Shown: positions 40,650-51,906 of the stretch, in pieces
How positions within the stretch are numbered: position 1 is the first letter of the stretch
Layout of the letters: each line of letters starts with the position of its first letter
Source of the DNA: an uncultured Phycisphaerales bacterium
Lineage (GTDB): Bacteria > Planctomycetota > Phycisphaerae > Tepidisphaerales > Tepidisphaeraceae
Assembly (NCBI GenBank): GCA_963755915.1
Contig: CAVWLP010000002.1
Location: 2,400,001 to 2,464,000 of the forward strand
Direction: 5' to 3'
Length of the DNA stretch: 64,000 nucleotides
Made by a program: the position numbers and the translations under genes
Notes under the pieces: generated by a model
What the model was told of the DNA's origin: nothing
What the model saw: the letters and a program-made list of their open reading frames with translations, nothing else
Database searches by the model: none

Positions 40650-42173
40650 CTACGACGCCAGAACCCGAAATCCTGGATGCCCTTGAACCGCGGCAGGAAA
40701 TTTGATCCCCACCGGCGAGTGAACCCGAACGCAATTCCGCCCCGCCTGCTTCGCGGCATAAACCGCCTTGTCGGCGGCCGCGATCAGCTCCGCGGCGTCC
40801 TGGAATCCGCACCCCACCGAATCCACCGCCACGCCAATGCTGACCGTCACTTTGATCGTCTTGCCCTCGAAGGCAACGCGCTGCCCCTCGATCGCCGTGC
40901 GAATTCGCTCGGCAAATTCATACGCATGATTTGCATCGCCATTGCCCAGCACGATGGCGATCTCCTCGCCGCCATAGCGCCCGGCATGATTCTTCCCGAT
41001 CATCGACTTCAGCAACTGCGCCGACTGCTTCAGCACCGCGTCTCCCGCCGGATGCCCGTGCGTGTCGTTGATCGCCTTGAACTTATCCACGTCCAGGAAG
41101 AGCACGGAAATCGCTCCGCCCGTCGCCCGCGCTTCTGAAAACGCGTTGGCAAGGATCTCCTCGAACTGCGCCCGGTTGGCCAGCCCGGTGAGCCCATCGG
41201 TGTCCGCCAGCATTTGCAGCGAGGCATTCTCCTTCACCAGTTGCTGCGAACGCATCTGATTTTGCAGCGCCATATCCACCAGCATCTGGCGGGCTTCCTG
41301 TTCGATTTCGCCGAAGGTGCGCCCGGGATGGATCGTCACTTCGAAAAGCTCAGCCAGCTCCTTGGTCTGGGCGTCGATCTGCTGAAGGATGGTTTTGATC
41401 CGCGGCTCCTGGAGTTCAAACCGCATGCGCAGCTCGTCCACCGCGCGCTGCAGCAGCCCGGTACATTTAGATGAGAAAACCTGTCCGCACAGAACGCCCG
41501 CGTAAACAAGCTCTGCCAGCCGGTTCCGCGGGCCCGCCTGTTCGAGGCTGTGATGCTGCCGGATCGGGTCCACCAGCGCCGGCGGAAACTTCCAGTGCTC
41601 GGCCAGCATCGCCCCCACCTCGGCATGATCCAGGTCAAACCGCTCGCGCGAAACCCGGATCAATTCCAGTTGGTTGCCGTTGGTTGTTTCCAGAAGTTCG
41701 TCGTACGGCTCACCCAGCGCCTGGTGCATTGCCAGGGTCCCGATATCGGTGAGCAGGCCCGCAAGGAACGATTCCTCATGCGTGCCGCGCTGAAGCGTCT
41801 TATCGAGCATGCGGGCCGCCACGGCAGAGTAAAGGCTCTGCCGCCAGAACCGCAGGTAGTCGAACTTGGGGCTCTTCTTTGTATTCAGTGCCCCCACCAG
41901 CGAAAACCCGAGCGCCACCGTTTTCACGGTCTGCATCCCCAGCAGCACCAGGGCGTGATTGATCGTCGCCACCTGGTGCGTCAATCCATAGAAGCTGCTG
42001 TTGACGGTGCGAATCACCTTGGCTGAGAGTGCCGGGTCGGCTGAGATCACCTTGCCCACCGTGGCAACGGAAGCATTCTCCTGCTTCACCAGCTCCAGCA
42101 CCCGGACGGCAACGCCCGGCAAAGAGGGAAGACGCGGATCGGCTTTGATCTTGGCGAGAAGTGGCTTATTCAT
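40650..42173 (-). CDS. HDOD-GGDEF diguanylate cyclase
   Basis: LPSLP, DPALSAKVIRTVNSSFYG, DHAEVG..LAEHW, DGLTGLANR, DVDKFKAIND and RYGGEEI. Confidence 0.93.
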   Translation of the reverse strand: MNKPLLAKIKADPRLPSLPGVAVRVLELVKQENASVATVGKVISADPALSAKVIRTVNSSFYGLTHQVATINHALVLLGMQTVKTVALGFSLVGALNTKKSPKFDYLRFWRQSLYSAVAARMLDKTLQRGTHEESFLAGLLTDIGTLAMHQALGEPYDELLETTNGNQLELIRVSRERFDLDHAEVGAMLAEHWKFPPALVDPIRQHHSLEQAGPRNRLAELVYAGVLCGQVFSSKCTGLLQRAVDELRMRFELQEPRIKTILQQIDAQTKELAELFEVTIHPGRTFGEIEQEARQMLVDMALQNQMRSQQLVKENASLQMLADTDGLTGLANRAQFEEILANAFSEARATGGAISVLFLDVDKFKAINDTHGHPAGDAVLKQSAQLLKSMIGKNHAGRYGGEEIAIVLGNGDANHAYEFAERIRTAIEGQRVAFEGKTIKVTVSIGVAVDSVGCGFQDAAELIAAADKAVYAAKQAGRNCVRVHSPVGIKFPAAVQGHPGFRVLAS

Positions 42174-42377
42174 TGAGGTTTTACAAGTGTAAGGAAAATC
42201 ACTTAGTTACCAGAAGATCGGAATAACTCCCGATCCGCTGAATTGATTTTTTGTCGCGGAGATTACCGAAAAAAGCGCAACCCCAATCCCGACCTTGCGC
42301 CATTTGCCACGAAATGGGTTTTGGCGGTTAGCTTGCTGATTTAGTGTCCGTCGCACTCTACCAATATAAATACATGC

Positions 42378-44420
42378 ATGATTTTATCGGGTACATCCCT
42401 GGGCGTCCGAATCGCACCAGTTCTGATATTCTGCATTGTCCGCACCGTCCTCGCAGGCGGTTCTCATCAAATGCTCCAGACCGGCTTCGATATTCCCGCC
42501 TTAACCGGCAACCCCTTCGACCTCTCACAGAACGACGTGCGCGTCACATTTAAAGCCCCCAACGGCATAACCGGAACAATCCCCGCATTCTTCGACGGCG
42601 GCACAACCTGGCGCACGCGATTCACTCCGACCACGCCCGGAATTTATTCCGTTATCGCGGTCACGCTCAACGGCCAGGAGGCCAACCCGGTTAATCTCAA
42701 TCCCACCCAGTTCCAGGTCGCCAGTTCCCTTGCCCCCGGCTTCATCCGGCTCGATTCGAAAAACAAAATGCGATTCATGTTCGATGACGGCTCCCCTTAT
42801 TACCCCCTCGGCTTCAACCTCGCCTGGCGCGGCGATGGCCAGCCGCCGCTGACACAGTCCCTCGACCGCATGGGCCACGCGGGCGTCAACTGGACCCGCA
42901 TCTGGATGAACCACTGGGACGAAAAAAATCTCGACTGGCCCAAACATGGCGCCGACCCCATTCAGCTCGGCCAACTCAGCCTTTCCACCGCCTGGCAGTG
43001 GGACCAGATCATCGCGGCCGCCGAGAACGACGGTGTCTATCTCCAGCTCGTTCTCCAGCACCATGGCCAGTACAGCAGCGCCTCCGACCCCGACTGGCCG
43101 AAAAATCCCTGGAACAAGGCCAACGGCGGCTGGCTCGAAAACAGCAGCCAATTCTTTACCGATCCCCAGGCCATCGCCCTGACCAAAAATAAATACCGCT
43201 ACATCATCGCCCGCTGGGGATATTCACCCGCCATCATGGCCTGGGAGCTCTTCAACGAAATCGAATGGACCGATGCCTTCAAAACCAATCTCAGCTACGT
43301 TGCCGCCTGGCACCAGACCATGGCGGCCTTTATCCGGGAGCAGGATCCGTATCACCACCTCATCACAACCAGCTCGCGCACGGCCGAGCCGAGCCTCTGG
43401 CCCGCCATGGACTATTACCAGGCTCACGTCTATACGCATGACGTGACCTCCGCGATGGAGATGCTCGACGAAGACCGCCTCGACCGCGCCTATTTCTACG
43501 GCGAATACGGAGGCCGCGCCGTCGAAAACGGCGGCGCCGAGCAAGACCTCCACAACGGCCTCTGGGCCAGCCTGATGAGCAGCGCCAGCGGGGCCGCGCA
43601 ATTCTGGTTCTGGGACTTCATCCAAAGCAAAAATCTCTTCAGCGAATTCACCGCCGCCCGGAATTTCATCCAGCGCAGCGGACTGCTTCACGAATCCGAT
43701 ATGACGCCCCTCGAAATCACCGCTCATACCGCAAATAGGGTCGCCCTCCGTTTCTCCCCGCGCTCGAGCTGGATGCCCGCCAACGCCACCGATTTCACCA
43801 TCCACCCCGGCGGCGAAGTCGAAAACATTTCCAAGATGTCCTCCTACCTCCAGGGCAACAGCCACAGCAAAAGCATGTTTCCTGACGCGGTCTTTCACGT
43901 GGACTACCCCGCTGCCGGAACATTCGCGATAGCCCTCGACCGAATGACCTCAGCCGGCGCGAAGCTTGAGGTCGAATTGGACGGCGTTCCCGCCGCTGAT
44001 CTCGATCTCGCTCCCCTTGCGCCAGGTCAGCCCGACCCGCGCTTAAACGTCGCGCTCGAAGTCCCCGTATCCCGGGGCCGCCATACGATCCGCCTCGAAA
44101 ACACCGGCCCGGATTGGGTTCACATCGCCCGATTCATACTTAACCCGTACACCCCCCAGCTCGGCGTCGTTGCCAAGGGCAACGGGGATCTCACTGTCAT
44201 GTGGGTCTTCAACCGCGACCCAAAACCGGGCCAGCCAATCTCCGGCACACTCGAAATCCCCGGCCTCCCGGCCGGAAACTACGCCGTCACCTGGATAAAC
44301 ACCCAAACTGGGGAGATCACAAAATCCGCTTCCGCCGCCGTTTCATCCGGCGTCGCACTCGCTCTGACCACACCCTCAATTGCCCAGGATGCCGCGTGCT
44401 GGGTCAAACGTGTTCCCTGA
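42378..44420 (+). CDS. Exported glycoside hydrolase (DUF5060-like N-terminus + GH5-like TIM barrel)
   Basis: NPFD...FFDG...WRTRFTP, RYIIARWGYSPAIMAWELFNE, DPYHHLITTS and YGEYG. Confidence 0.78.
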   Translation: MILSGTSLGVRIAPVLIFCIVRTVLAGGSHQMLQTGFDIPALTGNPFDLSQNDVRVTFKAPNGITGTIPAFFDGGTTWRTRFTPTTPGIYSVIAVTLNGQEANPVNLNPTQFQVASSLAPGFIRLDSKNKMRFMFDDGSPYYPLGFNLAWRGDGQPPLTQSLDRMGHAGVNWTRIWMNHWDEKNLDWPKHGADPIQLGQLSLSTAWQWDQIIAAAENDGVYLQLVLQHHGQYSSASDPDWPKNPWNKANGGWLENSSQFFTDPQAIALTKNKYRYIIARWGYSPAIMAWELFNEIEWTDAFKTNLSYVAAWHQTMAAFIREQDPYHHLITTSSRTAEPSLWPAMDYYQAHVYTHDVTSAMEMLDEDRLDRAYFYGEYGGRAVENGGAEQDLHNGLWASLMSSASGAAQFWFWDFIQSKNLFSEFTAARNFIQRSGLLHESDMTPLEITAHTANRVALRFSPRSSWMPANATDFTIHPGGEVENISKMSSYLQGNSHSKSMFPDAVFHVDYPAAGTFAIALDRMTSAGAKLEVELDGVPAADLDLAPLAPGQPDPRLNVALEVPVSRGRHTIRLENTGPDWVHIARFILNPYTPQLGVVAKGNGDLTVMWVFNRDPKPGQPISGTLEIPGLPAGNYAVTWINTQTGEITKSASAAVSSGVALALTTPSIAQDAACWVKRVP

Positions 44421-44647
44421 TTTAGTTGACGCAACCCCGACGCCGGCGCTCGGCGCGGTATAATCCCCCGCAATGCCCAACGGTCCGCCCATCCTGCCAT
44501 ATAAGTCCCCGGACCATTTGCGTGCGCGCCCCATTCAGACGCCGATCCGCAATCAAATTGCCGCGGCGGTATATTCCTTTTTCGTCATCCTGAAGTGGAT
44601 TGGTACGTTCCTGCGCGACTGTTCCAATTGGATCAGGTGAAATTCCC

Positions 44648-44980
44648 ATGGCTTACACCCGCGACACCATCATCTGTTTTGGCCTGGCGATCAGTTTTTC
44701 ACTCTGGGCATTGAAGCCGGCATGGCGATCAAACTGGTTTATGCGGTATCTCGGCTGGAATTGCCCTACGGAGGCCGCTGCCAGGCGGAACGCTGTTGTT
44801 TGCGTCCTTCTGGGGCTATTCGTTCTCTTCCACCTCGACCGATTTACCTCGGCAGATATAGTCCTCATGGCCGGCATGCTCCTTTGGCTCATCCTGCATC
44901 TCCGAGACGCGATCACGACCAACATCGACAGCCCCGAATTCAAGAGACTGCACGGTTTGGATCCCAGCCCCCGCCCTTGA
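44648..44980 (+). CDS. Hypothetical small membrane protein
   Basis: ATG preceded by AGGTG, with three hydrophobic segments. Confidence 0.5.
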   Translation: MAYTRDTIICFGLAISFSLWALKPAWRSNWFMRYLGWNCPTEAAARRNAVVCVLLGLFVLFHLDRFTSADIVLMAGMLLWLILHLRDAITTNIDSPEFKRLHGLDPSPRP

Positions 44981-45037
44981 CAACGCCCCCCATATCGCCA
45001 CAATCCCTCCTCCTGTAAAAAACGCGGAGTTAAAGCG

Positions 45038-45346
45038 ATGTACGCAATAATCGAAGCCGGCGGCCGGCAGCATAAAGTCACCACGGGCGATGTCATCCGC
45101 ATCGACCGCCCTGTTAGCGACGATAAATCCATCACCTTCGACCGCGTCCTCTTCGTCGGCGGCGAAGGCGATCCGAAGATCGGCGCTCCCACCGTCACTG
45201 GCGCAAGCGTCGTCGCAGACGTCGTCCGAAACGTTCAGGGAAAGAAAATCGACATCATCAAATACCGCCGCCGCAAGGGCTACCACAAGAAGATTGGCCA
45301 CCGGCAGAAGCAAGTCGAAGTGAAGATCAGCGCGATTAATCTGTAA
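45038..45346 (+). CDS. rplU: 50S ribosomal protein L21
   Basis: MYAIIEAGGRQHKV...KYRRRKGYHKKIGHRQ. GGAG RBS and TTGACA-16-CACAAT upstream (44977-45004). Confidence 0.97.
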   Translation: MYAIIEAGGRQHKVTTGDVIRIDRPVSDDKSITFDRVLFVGGEGDPKIGAPTVTGASVVADVVRNVQGKKIDIIKYRRRKGYHKKIGHRQKQVEVKISAINL

Positions 45347-47644
45347 CGCCGCGCGATCGCCGTCTTAGCAGCATTCCCGTTCCCAGCGCAATCAGCGAAA
45401 TCGCCCCCGGCTCCGGCACCGCATCAAACGCCGGCAACGGCAACCCATTCGCCACCGCAAACGCGTTCAGCGCGGCAATATCGGCTGGAGTCACGCTCGC
45501 TGCCGCGCCACTGTCCCCCTGCCCAAAATTCGCCGCCAGCGCGCTGAAGTCCGATCCGTTCACCGCCGACGTGAACAGAAAATTCCCCTGATCCCAGTTG
45601 GTAGCCCCCGTTCCAAAATTCGCCGCCAGGATGCTGAAGTCTGAGCCGTTCACCGTTCCGTCCAGATTCGCATCGCCCAAAAGCGTATATTTGATTTCGA
45701 TCTCCCCGCTCGACAGTCCGGCGACCACACCATCGTTCCCATCCGCAAATCCGACGCCGTAGAACAGGCCGTTCGTGGGATTTCGCGCCGTCGATGAAAT
45801 GATCCCGCTGCCGTTCCACCCGCCGTTGTTAAATCCGCTCTGGAGGTATCCGATGATCGTCGCCATCGGATCGCTGCTGCCGTAGGTGATGAAAAGGTGA
45901 TTGTTCGTGAGATCCAGGACGCCGCTGCCGGAAATGGTGAGGCTCGAAAAAGTTTGCGGACCACCGCCGCTGCCAAGGGTAACTGTCCCGGCCCCGGAAA
46001 TGTTCAAAGGGCCCGCGACAGTGGCGCCGCCGCTGACGCTCATGTTCCCCGAGACATTGATTGCCGCGGCGCTGAGGCTGCCCCCGGAAAGCAGGTATTC
46101 ACCGGTGGGGCCGATCGTCAGCGAACCCGAATCCGTGTTCGTGCCGCCGGTTTGGATGAAGGTTCCGGCACCGGATCCTCCCGCGCCACAGCGCCGATCG
46201 ATTCGGAACCGCTGACCGAAAGAAGGGCCGAACCTGACAGTGAATATGTGCCGGAGCTGAGCGAATTGACGCTGACACTCAGTGTGCCGACCTGCGCCGT
46301 GCCCCCCGTCTGGACGAATGTCCCGCTGCCGCCGCCGGTGAATTGGCCGAAATTGTATCCCATGCCAACATTCAGTGTGCTTGTGGAGACGATTCCCCCG
46401 CTCAGCGTGTAGTATCCGACGGTTCCGTTTCCCCACCCCAGGTTGATCGCGGCCACTCCCGGAAGCGTGTTGGTTCCCCCGCTCTGGTTCAGCGTGCCGA
46501 TATTGATCTCGCCGATCCATTCCGTGCTGCTGATATCCAGGGTTCCGTTGCTCAGATTGTAGACGCCATTTCCAATGATCGAATCGCTAAGCAACAGAAC
46601 CTCGGCGGAATTCGTCCCGCCGGTCTGATTCAAGGTTGAAGTATCCCCCGCTCCGACAATTTCCGACCCGCTTGCGGTGATGCTCTGCCCCGCGGCGATC
46701 GTCAGCGGTACGCTGCTGTCGGCGTAAAGTCCGGCAATCGCCCAATTCCCAACCGTGGTCGTCGCGCCTTCGTCGAGGTCGAGCGTCAAAGCGGAGGTGT
46801 TGCCGCTGGTATAGTTGTAAGCTCCCGTCACGATCAGATCGACGCTGCCGACCGTTCCCCCATTCACATTCAGCGTGGCAAAGGTATTGGCATCGCCCCC
46901 GCCAACGTCCGCGTCCGCCAGATGCAATGCCCCGCCGGCATTCACCGTCACCGTCCCCGCGAAAAACCAGAAATTATATTCGGCGGTATACCCCGCCTGG
47001 AGATCTCCGCCGCTGTTGATGGTCAGAGTGCTCAGGGTGACCGTGCCGAACTCCAGGTCGTAGAGCGCTGGAGACGTCCCGCCGAGCGTGATGCCGGAAA
47101 AAACGTCCGTGCCCCCCGTCTGCGAAACGGTGCCGCCGCTCTCCACATTCACCATGCCGGGGTTGATATAGCCCCCCGACTGGTCCAGCACGCCGCTCCC
47201 GGATCCTCCGCCCACGTTGATCGTGCTGCTCGAAAGCGTCCCGCTTTCCACCCCAAGGGATCCCGTCGCGGCCTGGCCATTGATTTCGCCCCCAACGTTC
47301 ACCTGCCCCGCGGTCAATGTCTCGCCGCCGATGTTCAGACTTGGATCGCTCCCCGCCACCATGTTAAGCGTCTGGACCGAAGCATTGCCTGAAAAATCCA
47401 CCGTATACGAATCATTCGCCGGCCCAAAAACCGCCGTATCCGTCGGAACCCCGTCGTTCCAGTTAGAGCTTGTGCTCCACGTCCCGCCGCCGGCATTCGT
47501 CCAGGTGGCTGTCCCCCACGCGTCAAACGCCAGATACCCCTGCAACCCTACCATCGCCGCCGCCAACACCACGCGCCGCCGCCTAGCGCCGCCCGCCGCA
47601 ATTCCGCGGCCGCTGATTTTGGGTTTGGCCGGCTTCGCAAACAT
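45336..47644 (-). CDS. PEP-CTERM surface protein with Gly/Thr-rich beta-strand repeats and dockerin-like duplicated motif (frameshift near 46185)
   Basis: Signal peptide, repeated QTGGT/QSGGT units, GDANLDGTVNGSDFSILAANFG and AVNGSDFSALAANFG, and a terminal VPEPG-TM-RRR. Confidence 0.88.
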
Positions 47645-47752
47645 CACGCGCTGCCTCCGCCCCGAACGCGATTGAGTCTAAGCGCGAGTTCTCGAAAAAC
47701 AATTAAAATCGTGTGAACTATCGAATAAAAAATCGCGCCGGACGGCGCGAAT

Positions 47753-49165
47753 TCACGCCGACTGCTCGTCTTCCTGTTCCGTCGGCGCAATTGGCGGCAG
47801 GCAATCCCCACCCACAAGATGAATCGAATTCCTCCCCGACCTCTTCGCCCCAAACATAAGCTGCCGATCCGCCGCCTCGATCAGGTGATTCACATCCTGC
47901 GCATCGTACGGATAAACCGCGATTCCCCCGCTGATCGTCAGGCATCCTTTCCCACCCGGCCCCAGCCCCGGATAATCCTGCGTCGAAAGCAGATTCCGAA
48001 ACCGATCCAAAATATCATTCGGCTCCTGCGGCGTCCGATTGCTCGAGGCATGTTTAGGATCCCGCGGCGTACGCGGCCCCTCCTTGTCCCAGAAAATCAC
48101 CGCAAACTCATCCCCGCTGATTCGCGCCACCAGATCGTGATCCCGCACGCACCGCCGCATCAGGTTTGCCGTCTGCTTCAAAATCTCATCCCCAACCCCA
48201 TGCCCATACTGATCGTTGTACCGCTTGAAATTGTCGATATCGAACAGAAACAGCGTCACCAGGAACCGCTTGATCCGCGCCTTCTCCACGAGCTGCGTCA
48301 AAAACTGTTTGAAATATCTCCCATTGGCCAACCCCGTCAGGTCATCCGTCACCGCCAGCCTCTGCAGCGCCGCGTGCCGATCGTGCAGCACGCGCAGCCG
48401 CGACAAATTCCTGGCGATCTCCCCTAGAAATTCCACCGCCTGCGAGCGGTCCTGGTCGGTTGGAAACGACAAATGCACCGAATCCGAAAGATGCGGAAGC
48501 TGCGGGCCCGATCCACCCGCGGGAATCAAATCCGAAGGCCGATGGCTCACCGTCACAATCCCCTCCGCCGGCGTCGGTGGGGGCGCCTCGCCGTGCGTCA
48601 GGAAAAGATTAAACGTCGCCGGCAAAATGGAATTGATCTGCCGAACCAGCGCCGACCCCGGATCCTGCGGCGACTGGATCATCGCCTCCAGCACCAAATC
48701 CGGAAGCGAAACCGAAGTCAGCGGCGAAGGCGCCTCGTTTTTCACATCGCCAGCCGGCTTCCCGTTCGACGGGGCCGCCTTGGCAACTTCCTTCTTCTGG
48801 CCATTCGAGGTCCCCAGCGTCTCCAGCAGCTCCCCCGGCGAGATCGGCGTGATCAGATAATCGTCACACCCAAATTCCATCATCTTTTGCGAAAGCGGCT
48901 CCAAGGTAGGATGTCCAAAAAGCAGCAGTTTCCCCTCCCCGCTCAGTTCCTTGAGGGTTCGCACCGCCGACTCCGGCCGCCGCTCCATCGGCTCCACCGA
49001 CGCCAAAACCGTCGTGTAATGTTCCTGCGAAAGCTCCGCGATCCCATCAAAAAGGTTGGCAACCGACTTAACCTGCGCATTGGGCAGGGCTTGCGTAAGC
49101 GTGCAATACATCTGCCGATCGGTATCCCCAATCAACAACACTCTTTCCTGGGCTGCCCTGACCAT
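47753..49165 (-). CDS. Receiver-like + GGDEF (SGDEF variant) protein
   Basis: RVLLIGD...GCDDYLITP receiver-like N-terminus, DDLTGLANG, DIDNFKRYNDQYGH and RDHD-LVARI-SGDEF. Confidence 0.87.
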   Translation of the reverse strand: MVRAAQERVLLIGDTDRQMYCTLTQALPNAQVKSVANLFDGIAELSQEHYTTVLASVEPMERRPESAVRTLKELSGEGKLLLFGHPTLEPLSQKMMEFGCDDYLITPISPGELLETLGTSNGQKKEVAKAAPSNGKPAGDVKNEAPSPLTSVSLPDLVLEAMIQSPQDPGSALVRQINSILPATFNLFLTHGEAPPPTPAEGIVTVSHRPSDLIPAGGSGPQLPHLSDSVHLSFPTDQDRSQAVEFLGEIARNLSRLRVLHDRHAALQRLAVTDDLTGLANGRYFKQFLTQLVEKARIKRFLVTLFLFDIDNFKRYNDQYGHGVGDEILKQTANLMRRCVRDHDLVARISGDEFAVIFWDKEGPRTPRDPKHASSNRTPQEPNDILDRFRNLLSTQDYPGLGPGGKGCLTISGGIAVYPYDAQDVNHLIEAADRQLMFGAKRSGRNSIHLVGGDCLPPIAPTEQEDEQSA

Positions 49166-49375
49166 GCAGTTATAGTACCCCAAAAGAAGGGCTTGGTTGC
49201 GTTAGGAAAAAGATAATTTGGGGACCGCAGCCGGAGGCGAGGAGCGGTACTCCGCATTGGCTGGACGCCATTTGCCTGGACGGCAATCCTTTGTTGCGCA
49301 GTGCCGAATGAATATGCCGGCGCCTACCAGCACCAGGTCTTTAATTTGGCATTTGGCCATCGGCATTCGGCATTT

Positions 49376-49911
49376 TCAGGCGGGCCCCGCCCCCGGGCTT
49401 TCGTGAAGCAGCGCCCGCAATTCCTCCGCCGTCAGGAGAGGATCGGCGCTTTTTTCCGGTTCTGCGGGCGTCGCCCCCATCTGTGGCTTGGGAAACTCCA
49501 CCGCCGGCTCCGCCATTGGCGCTTGAAGGCTGGCAGCCGCGGTAACCCCCCCGGCAATGCGATGCAGCCCATCCTCCGCAAAAAGCCCGTCCGCACCCTG
49601 TCTCATTGCCTCCGCCAACGCCGCCTGCCGGCCATCCGTGTCCGACAGCCACACGTCCACGTGTGAAAATCGCCGCTTGATGCTCGCGATGATCGACAGT
49701 TCTTCCCGGTACAGGCTGTTCAGGCTCAAAATCAGCGTCGAATAAAACAGGGGCGCTTGCAGAGATAGACCATCGCCTCATACGGATCATCCACCTCTGT
49801 ACATGAATACCCGCGCCGCTGCAGCGACTGGAGCGGCGCCGGTCGATAGGCCGGCTGTCCCACGATCAGCGCGCGGCCCGAAGGTCGCGAATTTTCAACG
49901 CCCGCTCCCAT
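49376..49911 (-). CDS. Hypothetical protein with degenerate receiver-like fold (frameshift near 49752)
   Basis: Manual translation from ATG 49911: MGAGVENSRPSGRALIVG...LQRRGYSCTEVDDPYEAM, joining ORF 49376..49729 (AMRQGADGL...LLTAEELRALL). Confidence 0.62.
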
Positions 49912-50014
49912 GGTTACGCCTTTTTCGGCAAACTTGGCTGGAGTGGATCAAACGAAACCAATCCAACGTCGATCTTACTCAAATCCCCTAGGCCGGAATA
50001 GGGAAAAGAGGAGA

Positions 50015-50093
50015 AGTTGCGAGTTACGAGTTGCGGGTTGCGAGCAAGGAAATGGGCATTTTACTCGCAACACGCAACACGCAACTCGCAACT
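50015..50093. repeat. Heptamer tandem repeats in inverted arrangement, (AGTTGCG)n...(CGCAACW)n (representative)
   Basis: Other heptamer tracts at 10774-10801, 13880-13930, 16341-16372, 31480-31540, 33904-33960, 49344-49375, 51341-51371, 57039-57075 and 60684-60713. Confidence 0.8.
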
Positions 50094-50104
50094 ATGCCCC
50101 TCCC

Positions 50105-50133
50105 TTGACACTCACTTTATGTCTCCCTACCCT
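50105..50133 (+). promoter_or_regulatory. Putative sigma70 promoter of gap
   Basis: TTGACA-17 bp-TACCCT, 70 bp upstream of the gap ATG. Confidence 0.55.
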
Positions 50134-50176
50134 ACTCCATCCCAACCGGCTTCAGCGCCGGTTTTGTTTTTATTGA

Positions 50177-51283
<1,107 letters not shown>

Positions 51284-51388
51284 ACCCCCTCTTCCCCCTC
51301 TCCCGGTAATCCGGGAGAGGGCAGGGGTGAGGGCGGTATTTGTCTACTGCTCTACTGTCTACTGCTCTACTCTCTCGCGCAGCGCGTC

Positions 51389-51541
51389 TCACCTGAGCAA
51401 GAGAACCAATATCACCACCAGGAGCACGAATCCGAGTCCGCCCCCGCCCCAGTAGTAACCCCCGTATCCGCCGTAAAAGCCCCCGCCGAAATATCCGCCG
51501 AGCAGAAGAATGAGCAGCACGATTAGAATTACGCGGTTCAA
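51389..51541 (-). CDS. Small Gly/Tyr-rich membrane protein (DUF3309-like)
   Basis: ILIVLLILLLGG...GYGGYYWGGGGLGFVLLVVILVLLLR; TTG start with AGGA upstream. Confidence 0.6.
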   Translation of the reverse strand: MNRVILIVLLILLLGGYFGGGFYGGYGGYYWGGGGLGFVLLVVILVLLLR

Positions 51542-51906
51542 TTTTTCCTGCCTTTCGCCGTTGTTGAGCCCGTCAGTTTCCCTGACTTTAACCCCGTCAA
51601 TCCCGGCGCGTAACGTACAAAATTGCCACATCTAGAGGCTTCCTCCACTCCTCGCTGTCCTCCCGAACTTCGTCGCCCTCCATTATCAAAGCCGCCGGGC
51701 GGATAATTTTCTGTAGGGTTCAATCACTCCCCGCGGCTCTTCCCCCGCCCCCGGTACTCCGGGGGAGGGTCGGGGAGGGGCTGTGTTGCTCAACTTCACC
51801 GCTTTCCACTGCTCCACTCTCTTGCGCAATGCGGGGTGAGGGCCTGATTGACCCGCGAAGACGCCCATGTGGCGTCTTCTTTGTTATGAGGGGTGTTACG
51901 TTTGCT

